DNA of 64,000 nt from Haliotis rufescens (Eukaryota), in the NCBI RefSeq assembly GCF_023055435.1, contig NW_025963779.1:21452001-21516000 (forward strand). The letters run 5' to 3'. Positions 51,701-62,926 of the stretch are shown one piece after another. Under the pieces are notes generated by a model. The model did not search any database. It saw only the letters and a list, made by a program, of their open reading frames with translations, and was not told the DNA's origin. Positions within the stretch are counted from its first letter, which is position 1. The number at the start of each line of letters is the position of its first letter. The position numbers were made by a program, and so were the translations under genes.

Positions 51701-52882
51701 CTTCCATCACGCCCTGCAACGATTGACAAACCTCTCACCGGATAATGCAATACAACCATCAATATATGATGATGTACTTTAAGACACGTTCTGAATGCTT
51801 TGGTAGTGCCCACTCAAGAAAAACCTCTTCAGAATTGCAATCACTAAATTCCGCGAGTTTCGCGTCCTCACGTGGCTTGATGCCGAGTGAACAAAACAGG
51901 AAACTCTCAATAAAGGAGCGTTATTTATCTCAACATTGGCAACTAAACTGAATGAAGGCTACTGTATCTGAAAAGTCAAATTCTAGAGACATGTATTACA
52001 TATACCCAAATATTGAACTGCTCTTCCCAACAATCAAGCAGTATTTACAGAGCAATCATCACTCCGACCTCGGGGATAATTCCATAATACACCGAATAAA
52101 CCCGATATTCTACCACCAGTTCCACCCACGGTAGGTAACACGCCGATAATGGGCTCAACGTCCAATACATAACAGTGGTATTGCCTGGCGTACACACCAC
52201 CTGTCAACCACATTGTCTTTTATTGGCCGGGTTGTCATATCAACTGAGCCGATAGCATCACCACGTCTCATAACCCACCATACAAGAGGACCGGGCTCAT
52301 CAGATACTTGATGATGAGGCCAGTAATTTGACTCATGTCAGTATGCCGATCGGAACAAGAAAAATAAGAAGTTTTTTCTGTCGTCGGCTGGCATTATTTG
52401 AACTGCAAAATATCCATTACTTCCAGGTCGTGATCCAGAGTTAAACGTAGTTGCAAAGGTCACCGTTTGGATTCTGTTGCCGCTAGGTTCATTTGTGAGG
52501 GGGTTACATGACATCCTACGATTTCCAACAGAGTTTAAAGAAGTTGAACTTTCACTAAAACAGAACCAACTATCCGTCACAAAAAAAACCAGTTTAGGAA
52601 ATGTCGGCCCTTATAAACCTTCACTGATATCAAAGAGGTTTTAAGAAAAACACAACTCTTCCACTTTGATCCGGTCTTACAAATTCCGATACAAGAATAC
52701 CAATCCATCGCTTTCATGAACATAAGCTCCTTGAAGATGAACTACCACTCGGCTATACACATTGCTGTTTGACGTCTTGCGACCACAATCGGACAGTTGT
52801 GAAACACACGCTGTGATGTACCTTCCTCGGTGGGTGCTGGATTGGGCTTTTCCAAGACGTTGAATCTGACCCTGTGTGACAT
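42652..52882 (-). CDS. Calmodulin-like protein, 4 coding exons, 195 aa (spliced model)
   Basis: Exons 52882-52822 (61 nt), 49195-49052 (144), 46991-46722 (270) and 42764-42652 (113) sum to 588 nt. All introns are GT-AG, phase 1. Protein: [195 protein letters not shown]. It has four canonical EF loops and is too divergent to be calmodulin itself. Confidence 0.85.
44315..44561 (-). mobile_element. tRNA-derived SINE family C, full length (intronic)
   Basis: Homologous to 18993-19266. 12-bp TSD CATCAGTGATGG at 44303-44314 and 44562-44573. Confidence 0.9.
45530..46055. repeat. 20-23-bp minisatellite (CATCATGTACCACGGCTTAACGC), intronic
   Basis: Direct periodicity, degenerate at the left end. Confidence 0.88.
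46472..46680 (-). mobile_element. Retroposon family D, 5'-truncated, intronic
   Basis: TTAACGCCGCACTCAG...GTTAGTCGCGTCTTACGACAA matches the family D reverse complement. Confidence 0.85.
46722..46991 (-). CDS. Calmodulin-like gene exon 3 (EF2 end, extended linker, EF3, EF4)
   Basis: Acceptor TTTCCAG and donor G|GTAGG. Encodes [10 protein letters not shown]...[12 protein letters not shown]...[11 protein letters not shown]. Overlaps ORF 46690..46953. Confidence 0.95.
47425..47500. promoter_or_regulatory. Dense intronic E-box cluster (3x CACGTG, 2x CCACGTGACC) with CRE half-site and CCAAT
   Basis: CACGTG at 47441, 47456 and 47478. TACGTG at 47468, CATGTG at 47425, TGACG at 47432 and CCAAT at 47489. 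Confidence 0.5.
49052..49195 (-). CDS. Calmodulin-like gene exon 2 (EF1 and start of EF2)
   Basis: Acceptor TTTCTTTTTACAG and donor G|GTAAG. The 144-nt phase 1-1 exon has the same size and boundaries as the corresponding animal calmodulin exon. Encodes [30 protein letters not shown]...NADKN. Missed by the ORF track. Confidence 0.95.
50449..50655 (-). mobile_element. Retroposon family D, intronic
   Basis: The reverse complement starts GACCCGTGAAGATCCGCATACGGAATAGGTCTTCAGTAACC. Confidence 0.85.
52822..52882 (-). CDS. Calmodulin-like gene, first coding exon ([20 protein letters not shown])
   Basis: GAGATG start context and AAG|GTACAT phase-1 donor. The join gives PTEEELKQAF, comparable to calmodulin LTEEQIAEFKEAF. 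TATA box about 55 nt upstream of the ATG. Confidence 0.7.
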
Positions 52883-52913
52883 CTCGACTGTCTCGCCGGC
52901 CACATGGGCTACA

Positions 52914-52966
52914 ACTACTACTCCGGCAACACTGCCCTTATATAGCGACGTCACCCGCCGACGTCA
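52914..52966 (-). promoter_or_regulatory. Core promoter of the calmodulin-like gene: two CRE-like sites plus TATA box
   Basis: The minus strand reads TGACGTCG-GCGGG-TGACGTCG-C-TATATAAGG. The CRE-like sites are at 52966-52959 and 52953-52946 and the TATA box at 52944-52938. An Inr-like TAGTT lies about 28 nt downstream. Confidence 0.65.
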
Positions 52967-53399
52967 CACAAAGATCAATACATGCGGTAGGTAGCTATTA
53001 TTTGAATATGGGAAGACAGAAAGAAGACGATGAGCTAAACATATAACAGTGGCCAGCGGAAGAACGGATGGCTTATTGATGCGTAAGTGGCTCTAATGCC
53101 CAACCCTATATTTAAATCCAATTAGCAGTGTATGGATTCACGTCACTAGCCAGTCGAGGGTTGAATGTTTCTTCCTTCAGGGAGGATGGAAACACAGCAG
53201 TTTTATCGTCATACGATCCTGTCTTCATAGCCATTGATTAGAGTCATTGTAGTGACAAGCAACTGGCGACATTGAGGGTGATACGAAGAGCTATTGTCGT
53301 GCACGGCACCGCTGATGACTACTCTACTCTTACTGCAGCTGTGCCATCAACGAAATCGCTGTCATGATTTCTCTGTTATCGTACTTCGTCGTACTTAGA

Positions 53400-54205
53400 T
53401 ATATATGCAGCTGTGGACGTGCACGCCATTGCATATATCTATGCTGTTGCCACAGGTGTTGTGCACGACATCGCAAATATCTATGATGTTGCCACAGTTG
53501 TTGCCGTGCACGACATTGCAAATATCTATGCTGTTGCCACAGCTGTTGCCGTGCACGACATCGCAAATATATATGCTATTACCACAGTTGTTGCCGTGTA
53601 CGACATCGCAAATATATATGCTATTACCACAGTTGTTGCCGTGTACGACATCGCAAATATATATGCTATTGCCACAGTTGTTGCCGTGTACGACATCGCA
53701 AATATATATGCTATTACCACAGTTGTTGCCGTGTACGACATCGCAAATATATATGCTATTACCACAGTTGTTGCCGTGTACGACATCGCAAATATATATG
53801 CTATTACCACAGTTGTTGCCGTGTACGACATCGCAAATATATATGCTATTACCACAGTTGTTGCCGTGTACGACATCGCAAATATATATGCTATTACCAC
53901 AGTTGTTGCCGTGTACGACATCGCAAATATATATGCTATTACCACAGTTGTTGCCGTGTACGACATCGCAAATATATATGCTATTGCCACAGTTGTTGCC
54001 GTGTACGACATCGCAAATATATATGCTATTACCACAGTTGTTGCCGTGTACGACATCGCAAATATATATGCTATTGCCACAGTTGTTGCCGTGTACGACA
54101 TCGCAAATATATATGCTATTACCACAGTTGTTGCCGTGTACGACATCGCAAATATATATGCAGTTGCCACAGTTGTTGCCGTGTTCGACATCGCAAATAT
54201 ATAAG
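53400..54205. repeat. 45-bp minisatellite (GTGTACGACATCGCAAATATATATGCTATTACCACAGTTGTTGCC), about 18 copies
   Basis: 45-nt period with near-identical units. Confidence 0.97.
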
Positions 54206-54251
54206 CTGTCAGCGCAGCTCCTGAAATACACAACATCGCAAGTAACAAATA

Positions 54252-54313
54252 GTGAGGGGAGGTGAAATTTGGTTTAACGTCGCGTCCATGTGTGTGTGTT
54301 TGTGTGTGTGTGT

Positions 54314-54362
<49 letters not shown>

Positions 54363-54605
54363 TGTGTGTGTGGGGGGGCTGCCTGTACTAGTGCCAGCTC
54401 ACTGAGATACCATGCCGCAGTTCAACATGAACACCCCACTCAGACACAGTATACTGACTCCGAGCCGACCAGTCCTTGTTTTAGTCCCTGAATGCACAGC
54501 GCCAGACAGGGTAACAACAAGTACCATCTTTTAACGTCTTTTGGTATGGAGCGACCGGGGATCAAACCCCGGACCTTTCGCTCTCTGGGTGAACGCTCTA
54601 CCACT
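54252..54605 (-). mobile_element. tRNA-derived SINE family B with expanded internal (CA)n
   Basis: Matches the family B reverse complement. (TG)n at 54289-54371 sits at the position of the family's internal CA run. Confidence 0.88.
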
Positions 54606-55344
54606 AAATGTATGATTTTACCACAGATGATAGTGTGCGATGACGTTGTTTGGGCAGGTAGTGTAGCTTACGAATGAGTTTTAGTGTATGGAGTAATGAT
54701 ACGTGTAAACAGTAAAAGGTTATTAATCAAATCGGTATTGAGCGGTATACAGTCATCCATTGCTCCAAACTCTAAGATGGAGGTCGAATTGACAATACCT
54801 TTAGAAACTTCAATAACACTAATACCCCACAGCACGAACATAATACTTGCTCCCGTAAAACTAATGGGACGGAGAAAAGGTCAAACGTTCATAAAAAACA
54901 AACATTGTCGTTAAATCGAAACCGGCTGTTGTCGATGGCGAGTCGGAACACAACTCCGGACACACAATGTTGCACTTTGATACACAAAGACTTACTGTTA
55001 TTTACCCGGTACACAGAGAGCAACGTTGTGATCGATTACCTCTAACAGGTACAAGAGTAAAGGTGAGAGTGTGTGAGAGTGTGTGAGAGTGCACGAACGA
55101 GTGCGATGGTGTGAGGAAAATGTGAGACAAATGGTTTGAATAGGTCTCCTATAATATGACCATGTGGGAATCGAACCCGTGCGTTGTAGGTGATGAACGA
55201 ACACGCTAACATTCAGTCTCGGCGAGACCAATCGAGTGAGAATGTGGACATTGTTTACGAGAGGGAAAGCGTGCATGAAAGAAAATAGTGGACAGGTACA
55301 CCCGTCACTGTATGCTCAAAGAACGGTCTGTGTCTTGCTCTTCA

Positions 55345-55912
55345 GGCACAGGCACAAAACGGGCGTAAACACAGGCGTAACATAGGCGTAAACACAGGCG
55401 TAACAGAGACATAAACACAGGCGTAACATAGGCATACACACAGGCGTAACAGGCATAAACACAGTCGTAACAGAGGCATAACACAGGCGTAACAGAGGCA
55501 TAACACAGGCGTAACATAGGCATAAACACAGGCGTAACATAGGCATAAACACACGCGTAACAGACACACACATTCGTAACATAGGCATAAACACAGGCGT
55601 AACAGAGACATAAACATAGGCGTAACAGAGACATAAACACAGGCGTAACAGAGGCATAAACATAGGCGTAACAGAGACATAAACACAGGTGTAACAGAGG
55701 CATAAACATAGGCGTAACAGAGACATAAACACAGGTGTAACAGAGGCTTAAACACAGGCGTAACAGAGTCATAAACACAGTCGTAACAGAGACATAAACA
55801 CAGGCGTAACACAGGCATAAACACAGGCGTAACAGAGACATAAACACAGGTGTAACATAGGCATAAACACAGTCGTAACAGAGGCATAAACACAGGCGTA
55901 AAAGAGGCATAC
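55345..55912. repeat. 23-bp minisatellite (AAACACAGGCGTAACAGAGACAT), about 24 copies
   Basis: 23-nt period (CGTAAC at 55621, 55644 and 55667). Confidence 0.93.
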
Positions 55913-56433
55913 ACATTAGCAGATCAGATTGAAATGGTTAAACGAGCTGTCACAAGCAATATAAATATTTCAATGGAAAGTTTAGGTAGGGAACTAATAA
56001 ACATTTTGCTCAGCAGCATCAACAACCAGCGTATCGGCTATCTACATCAGGTTGTACGTCTTATCGATCATCTCGTGACTCACCGCACGGCGTATACTGT
56101 CACCTTGTTGCAGAGGGAGATAAGTATATAAAACGTACCACCTCCTGACGGCACGGTCGACGCCCAGCTGCGCATCGGTGATACAGGAGTCTTAATAGCA
56201 TCCCAATCTACTTGACAGCAACTACACACGCAACTACACACGAAACCACGTACTGAAGCAACACGATGGAGAGTTACAGATGGAGCTGGGCACATGGCCT
56301 ATCAGGCCGGTAGATGCAAGAACAGGTATTTGCCAGAAAGGTTCACTGTGTGATATTTGAAACATCAACTTGATTTTGTGGAATGTAGAGATCATGAAGA
56401 GAAAGATTACACTTAATGTAGCGTTAGTTTCAA

Positions 56434-56780
56434 AGGTAAGGTGAAATGGGGTTTAACGCCGCGTCAAAGATTATTGTACTCATATAGCGACGTGCATCAA
56501 CGTGTGAGTGTGGCTGCTTGTACTAGTCCGGACTGATGCCCATTTATAGCGCAAGCCCACTGAGATACCATGCCGCAGTTTAACATGAATACCCCACTCA
56601 GACACAGTATACTGACTCCGAGCCGACCAGTCCTTGTTTTAGCCCCTTAATGCCGAGCACCAGACAGGGTAACAACAAGTACTATCTTCTAACGTCTTTT
56701 GGTATAACGCGGCCGGGGATAGAACCCCGGACCTTTCGTTCTCCGGGCGGACGCTCTACCACTAGACCACGGAGGCGATC
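56434..56780 (-). mobile_element. tRNA-derived SINE family B, full length
   Basis: Matches 61332-61686. Flanked by TAGTTTC(A/C)AAGG, an imperfect TSD. Confidence 0.9.
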
Positions 56781-56796
56781 TAGTTTCCAAGGACAT

Positions 56797-57030
56797 TGAG
56801 TATATGAGTGCGTTGGATTAAACGTCGCTTTCAACACTATTCCAATTATATCACAGCGTGTCTGATAATGTGGGAGGAAAGCCCGAAGTGATGCATGTTA
56901 TAGGCGTTTACCACTTTGATGAACATACTAGCACATGTTGACAAACCCTGAAACAGAATTTAGGAATCGAACCCCAAATAAGAGGTTTCTGGTAGGCCTT
57001 AGGGGCACATCTCTGCACAGCACTTTGCGT
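56797..57030 (-). mobile_element. Degraded SINE family C copy
   Basis: GTGGGAGGAAAGCCCGAAGTGATGCA and CTCTGCACAGC motifs are shared with 44315-44561. Confidence 0.7.
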
Positions 57031-57082
57031 GTCGAAACCCAGGGGTCGATACAGTAAGCATCAACTGACGTCGCGAGGTACA

Positions 57083-57246
57083 GTGAGTGTGTGAGTATGG
57101 TTTTACGCCGCTAAAAGCGATATTCCAGCAATATCACGGCGGGGGACACCAGACATGGGCTTCACACATTTTACCCATGTCGGGAATCGAACCCGGGCCT
57201 TCGGCGTGACGAGCGAACGCTTTAACCACTAGGCTACCCGACCGCC
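57083..57246 (-). mobile_element. tRNA-derived SINE family A, full length
   Basis: A and B boxes on the minus strand. Imperfect TSD CGCGAGG(T/C)ACA at 57072 and 57247. Confidence 0.9.
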
Positions 57247-58019
57247 CGCGAGGCACAATGACGTACAAACTGAGAACTAGAGCACATAATTCTGTGCCTT
57301 CGCATTGGTCCCCTGATCCCCATTGTTCCCCTAAGCTGTGGTTCTGGGACTGACCTGCCTCTCCTCGGGGACCTCGGGGACCACGTGTACGTAGATATTC
57401 CGTCGTAAAGTCAGTAATTAACGACATCTATATGGAATGGATTGCATGAATACATTCATGAACTTACACGGAATCACTAAAATCCGGATCAAACTGACAT
57501 CAGAACACCTCGTGAGTGATAATGGTGGAATATATCCCAGTGGAGACTGTCATTTACACACAAACATCGATGTATGAATAATAGATGGCCCCCATAAAGA
57601 AGATCAGCGCTAATTACGGGGGACGCTGAGCCTCGCGTTGTGGTGACGGTTGCATTTACCAAGATGTTGTAATACTGACTTTCTTAACCAAGTCGGACTG
57701 TTGTCTGTGGGATGACAGGCTGTCGCCATTACAAAGCCACGTGAGACTTGTTTGCTTGTACACCACAGTCAGCAATATTCCAGCTCTATCATAGAGGCCC
57801 GTAAATATTTTGGTCCAACAAAAGTGGTTGGTAATGTATTGATCAAAGTCCCACGCAGTCACGCGTCGCCAACAAGCATGACAACATTACCCAAATTAGT
57901 CAACTACAAGGTGGCATAAACATTAGTTACGACAAGCAATGGTGTCTTTTCTGAGCTGATTCCCCATTGGGTAAGTTGCATGACTTCGTAGTGACATTTC
58001 GGACCACAACAACTCAATA

Positions 58020-58850
58020 ACACCAACTAGAACGAACATCGACCACTAGAAATACTGCGGTCCCTTACGAACACCGACCACTAGAAATACTGAGGTCCCT
58101 TACGAACACCAACTAGAACTGTCTGTAGTGCCTCACGAAAACCGACCACTAGAAATACTGCGGTCCCTTACGAACACCGACCACTAGAAATACTGAGGTC
58201 CCTTACGAACAGTCTTAAGCCCATTTCTGGTGTCCCACGCCGTGATATTGCTGGAATATTGCTAAAAGCGGCGTAAAACCATACTCACTCACTCACCCTT
58301 ACGAACACCGACCACTAGAAATGTCTGTAGTGCCTCACGAACACCGACCACTAGAAATACTGAGGTGCCTTACGAACACCAACTAGAAATGTCTGTAGTG
58401 CCTCACGAACACCGACCACTAGAAATACTGAGGTCCTTTACGAACACCAACTAGAAATGTCTGTAGTGCCTCACGAACACCGACCACTAGAAATACTGAG
58501 GTCCTTTACGAACACCAACTAGAACTGTCTGTAGTGCCTCACGAACACCGACCACTAGAAATACTGAGGTGCCTTACGAACACCAACTAGAAATGTCTGT
58601 AGTGCCTCACGAACACCGACCACTAGAAATACTGAGGTCCTTTACGAACACCAACTAGAAATGTCTGTAGTGCCTCACGAACACCGACCACTAGAAATAC
58701 TGAGGTCCTTTACGAACACCAACTAGAAATGTCTGTAGTGCCTCACGAACACCGACCACTAGAAATACTGAGGTCCTTTACGAACACCAACTAGAAATGT
58801 CTGTAGTGCCTCACGAACACCGACCACTAGAAATACTGAGGTGCCTTACG
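58020..58850. repeat. 68-bp dimeric minisatellite (35+33-bp subunits), interrupted by a SINE fragment
   Basis: CGAACACCGACCACTAGAAATACTGAGGTCCTTTA + CGAACACCAACTAGAAATGTCTGTAGTGCCTCA. Confidence 0.92.
58212..58295 (+). mobile_element. 5'-truncated SINE family A inserted in the minisatellite
   Basis: AAGCCCATTTCTGGTGTCCC...GCGGCGTAAAACCATACTCACTCACTCA, flanked by a duplicated CCCTTACGAACA. Confidence 0.88.
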
Positions 58851-59874
58851 ATTGTGATCTACGTATACTTATGATATTACTATTAGTTACTTATTAAATA
58901 CCCAGGATGCACCTTACTAATATTGATACTTACAAAGGCGTTTGAGATGTGGCTAGACATTTGGTCCCAGAAATAAAGTTACCCTATAAAATATATGTCT
59001 ACAAAATAAAAAGAATAAAATCCAAATGGAGCCCAGAACAATCCTTAATACCTAGAGCTGAGTCAATCTAGACTTGCCAAATCATTCTAGACTTGAGTTG
59101 GCATTCATTGCAAGATAATGGTAAACCGGATTACATGTGCGTTTATTCCGCATTTTGTTAACACGTCATGGCCATTCCAATGTCCACGAAAGGCAACTCT
59201 TTAGGGTTATTTTTAGTTTCAAATAGATTATGTCGTGAGGAAAGTAGCTCCAGGCAAGTGACAGCGCGCCTCATCTGGGGGGGGATCCACCGCTTTGTGA
59301 CAAGAATGGAAATATACTACTTCTGGGACGTCGACTTGACATAACAGTCACGATTAGCTGCACGCGTGAGATGAAAATGGATTTCTAAACACCCGTCACA
59401 TTGTGCCCCTGTGGCTATACAATAAATCAAACACAGCAATCGGGACTTCTCACTCAGTGTTTATAATGTTAACTCACGCACTGATTCACGGGTTGAGAAG
59501 GTGAAATATTAATGAAATCTCGATCTAATAATTGGCTGGACGTCATCCGCTGACCCGAATGCCACAGGACAGGCAGATTCCAGGGGTGAGTGAGTGAGTG
59601 AATAGATCTGAATAGATGCAACATGACGCGTGACTTAGATGGCAACCCCGTCAGCTGCTTGGGTAGGTTCAAGTATACCAACGGATGTAGATGTAGTCCA
59701 CGTAACTGAGGGTGCTGTAGACTCCGCCGATTTAACCAGCGTTAGTGTTACTAGTACTGTAGGTAGTGTTCAATTAATGGTAGACGAAGGTCCTCTCAGT
59801 GGGAAAGGGTAGCGCAGTGTAGATCTTAAAGGCGGAGCAGATGCATTACATAGTGACTGTACAATGAAGATATT

Positions 59875-60150
59875 ACAAGGTGATGACGTTACAAGCAGGT
59901 GATGATGTTACAAACTTGATGACGTTACAACCAGGTGATGATGTTACTAGCGTGATGACGTTACAAGCAGGTGATGATGTTACAAACGTGATGCGGTACA
60001 AGTAGGTGGGGATGTTACAAGCAGGTGATGATGTTACAAACGTGATGACGTTACAAGCAGGTGATGATGTTACAAACGTGATGCGGTTCAAGTAGGTGGG
60101 GATGTTACAAGCAGGTGATGTTGTTACAAGAAGGGGATGACGTTACGAGC
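59875..60150. repeat. Degenerate repeat of TGACGTTACAAGCAGGTGATGATGTTACAAACGTGA-type units
   Basis: Recurrent GTTACAAGCAGGTGATGA. Confidence 0.8.
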
Positions 60151-60824
60151 AAGTGGTAGTACAATGTTGATACGAGTGGTTGCTGGGAAGAGACTGGCAA
60201 ATATAAGACTACAAATATTGACAGTTGCACGGATGTGTTTATCTAGTCCCCAGGCCCACTGATTCCTTCAACACACAGTCCGACTTGATCAACAATCAAT
60301 TCTCCAGAATCTAACTCATTTTTAGTGGAGGTATCGAGGGCGAAAAGAATTCCTCCATAGACTTTAATAAAAGAATATTGATCCTGGCGTATCCCGGTTG
60401 AGCCGTCTCCACATATCGCAGCTATTCATAACGCCAAACCGCCATTACATTGCATTTGTAAGCTACTCTCGTACATCATGTAATTAATTACGTTTTAATC
60501 AGGAACTTGTAATATTTAAAGTCCAGGGACAGAGAGTCACTGTAGATGCGTTTTTTGCAAAACAAATTCCCAGAACGTTATTCCATACCTGATTTTAAAT
60601 TAACGATAATGACAATTTTTTTCGGCGATAAAACACCCATTAACGATAATTAGTTCTTTGGAGATGCTGCGGTTGAAACAGGACAGAGATCTTTAATTGC
60701 CAGCTGTCTCCGAGACCTACTCAGACTAGAAACTGACATCACAAGTAACGGCATCAATGACATAGAACAAGCGTCAGTGGTCTCCGCTCTGTAGGACACA
60801 AAACATGACTTAAATAACGTAATA

Positions 60825-60960
60825 TACAGTCAAGTCCCGTTAATCCGACATCGATGGTTGCATATGATTGTGTCGGATTAACGAGTATGTCGGATAAACG
60901 AAATTTAGTAGTATCAACGTTCGTGATCGAAAATCGGACAACTACACGATAGATAAGGAT
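60825..60960 (+). mobile_element. Probable pogo/Tigger-like (Tc1/mariner superfamily) DNA transposon terminus
   Basis: TA|CAGTCAAGTCCCGTTAATCCGACATC with an internal inverted TGTCGGATTAACG, as typical of such ends. The matching other end was not found. Confidence 0.45.
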
Positions 60961-61164
60961 TCAAACACGTTATAAAAAAATATAAAATATATATTCATAT
61001 TGTTATGTTAAATTGTAGGCGGAATATGTTTTCTAATCATTCAACCTCTAAAGTTTAACACAAAACAACTGTTACGGACTGTTTGACAGATTCAAAATAC
61101 TTTAAGGTATAAGGTTCCAGCAATTGGACATTCGAAATTATCATTATTTCAGTACAACATATCT

Positions 61165-61273
61165 ATTTCATCCTCCACCATCACCACCATCATCATCATC
61201 ATCCTCATCCATTATAAACATCATCATCAATCATAATCTCAATCATAATCATCATCATCATCATCATCATCAT
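61165..61273. repeat. (CAT)n microsatellite
   Basis: Interrupted CAT/CATCAT run. Confidence 0.9.
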
Positions 61274-61331
61274 CGAAAAGAATTATTTCATCCCAAGTCT
61301 TGGTACCTATCACCATTATCCCTGCAATGCA

Positions 61332-61686
61332 GACCGCCTCCGTGGTCTAGTGGTAGAGCGTCCGCCCGGAGAGCGGAAGGTCCAGGGTTCGATCCCGGGC
61401 CGCGTCATACAAAAAGACGTTAAAAGATTGTACTTGTTGTTACCCTGTCTGGCGCTCGGCATTAAGGGGCTAAAACAAGGACTGGTCGGCTCGGAGTCAG
61501 TATACTGTGTCTGAGTGAGGTATTCATGTTAAACTGCGGCATGGTATCTCAGTGAGCTAGCACTATAAATGGGCATCAGTCCGGACTAGTACAAGCAGCC
61601 ACACACACACATACACGTGCATGCACGTCGCTATATAAGTGCAATAATCTTGGACGCGACGTTAAACCCAATTTCACCTCACCTCA
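61332..61686 (+). mobile_element. tRNA-derived SINE family B (Meta/MESC-type core), full length
   Basis: A box TGGTCTAGTGG, B box GGTTCGATCCC, Meta-like core and (CACCT)n tail. Perfect 12-bp TSD CCCTGCAATGCA at 61320-61331 and 61687-61698. Confidence 0.93.
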
Positions 61687-61833
61687 CCCTGCAATGCATG
61701 AAATATGGCTGTCACCTTTGTCATATTATATCAGAATGTGTGTTCGTTGGTGTAATGTCCGCCAAAATGAAGTAATATCCACAACACCCGTGTCTTTAGT
61801 TTCGAAAAAGTAATCTGTTTACTGGTTGGTTCG

Positions 61834-62007
61834 GTGAGTGAGTGAGTGAGTGAATACGGTTTTACGCCGCTTTTAGCAATATTCCAGCAATATCACGGCG
61901 GGGGACACCACAAATGGGCTTCACACATTGTACCCATGTCGGGAATCGAACCCGGGTCTTCGGCGTGACTAGCGAACGCTTTAACCACTAGGCTACCCGA
62001 CCGCCCC
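61834..62007 (-). mobile_element. tRNA-derived SINE family A, full length
   Basis: A and B boxes and an (ACTC)n tail. TSD GGTTGGTTCG(GTGAGT) at 61824 and 62008. Confidence 0.93.
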
Positions 62008-62671
62008 GGTTGGTTCGGTGAGTAATTAGCGGGTTTCTGGCCGGCTGAATTCACCTCTGGCCGGACCGAGATTACACACTCTCCCTCTGGACTAAACATC
62101 ATGATAAATTGGTTTACGATGGTAAGAAACGACAGGCAACATTATGAGACCCACATTTCTTTGGATAAATATCATTGCTATGGTTGGCCATCAGTGGCGA
62201 AGAGACGACGCTGTCATGGTATGGCTGCAAACCCAGACCGCAGCTTTGTTTATTGGTAAACGCCGCTCTCAGGAGGAACATTCCAGGTATATGACAGCGT
62301 GTTCACAAGCTTTATCAAAGTCTAGTTTTGTCATTGATATAGGCCAGCGGACACCCTTGCCTCGAGAAGTGTATGACGACGGTTTGTAATAATCGTATCT
62401 GGACGAGACGATCCAGCGATTGCCAACGATCTACATGGTTATACATGATGGTGCCCTATCGTGAAGAACATAACGTGCATAGGTAAACGTTCTTACAGAA
62501 ACAACGTTTTGGGGGTTTACGTTCGAAGTTTACTTTTACTTGAGACGCTGGAAGCAAACGATGGACAAGACGGGTCTTACTGACAGGAATGTTACTTGTT
62601 CGACAGCCGTTTTCATAATACTATCCGGTATCAGTAGTAACAGTGTGCGAGATTAGCTTAACAACGCTTTG

Positions 62672-62926
62672 ACTTGTTTTGTTTGTTTGCTGTTTAACGC
62701 CGCACTCAGCAATATTCCAGCTATATGACCACGGTCTGTAAATAATCGAGTCTGGACCAGACAATACAGGGATTGACATCATGAGCAGCGATCCGCGCAA
62801 TTGGGATACGATGACATGCATCATCCAAGACCTCGAGCCTGACCACCCGATCCCGTAGCATAGTCTTCTTTTTACGGCAAGCATTGGTTGCTGAAGAATT
62901 GTTCTCCCCCTTTATCGTCACGGGTC
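62672..62926 (-). mobile_element. Retroposon family D
   Basis: The reverse complement starts GACCCGTGAC. Family D body and (CAAA)n tail. Confidence 0.85.

Noticed and set aside
53395-55916. Repetitive ORFs (CDVVHGNNCGNSIYI, LLPQLLPCTTSQ, CLCLCY and others)
   Set aside because: They come from the 45-bp and 23-bp minisatellites, are open in many frames and show no gene structure.
61124-61423. Poly-His/Ser ORF
   Set aside because: It is the translation of a (CAT)n microsatellite running into a SINE head.
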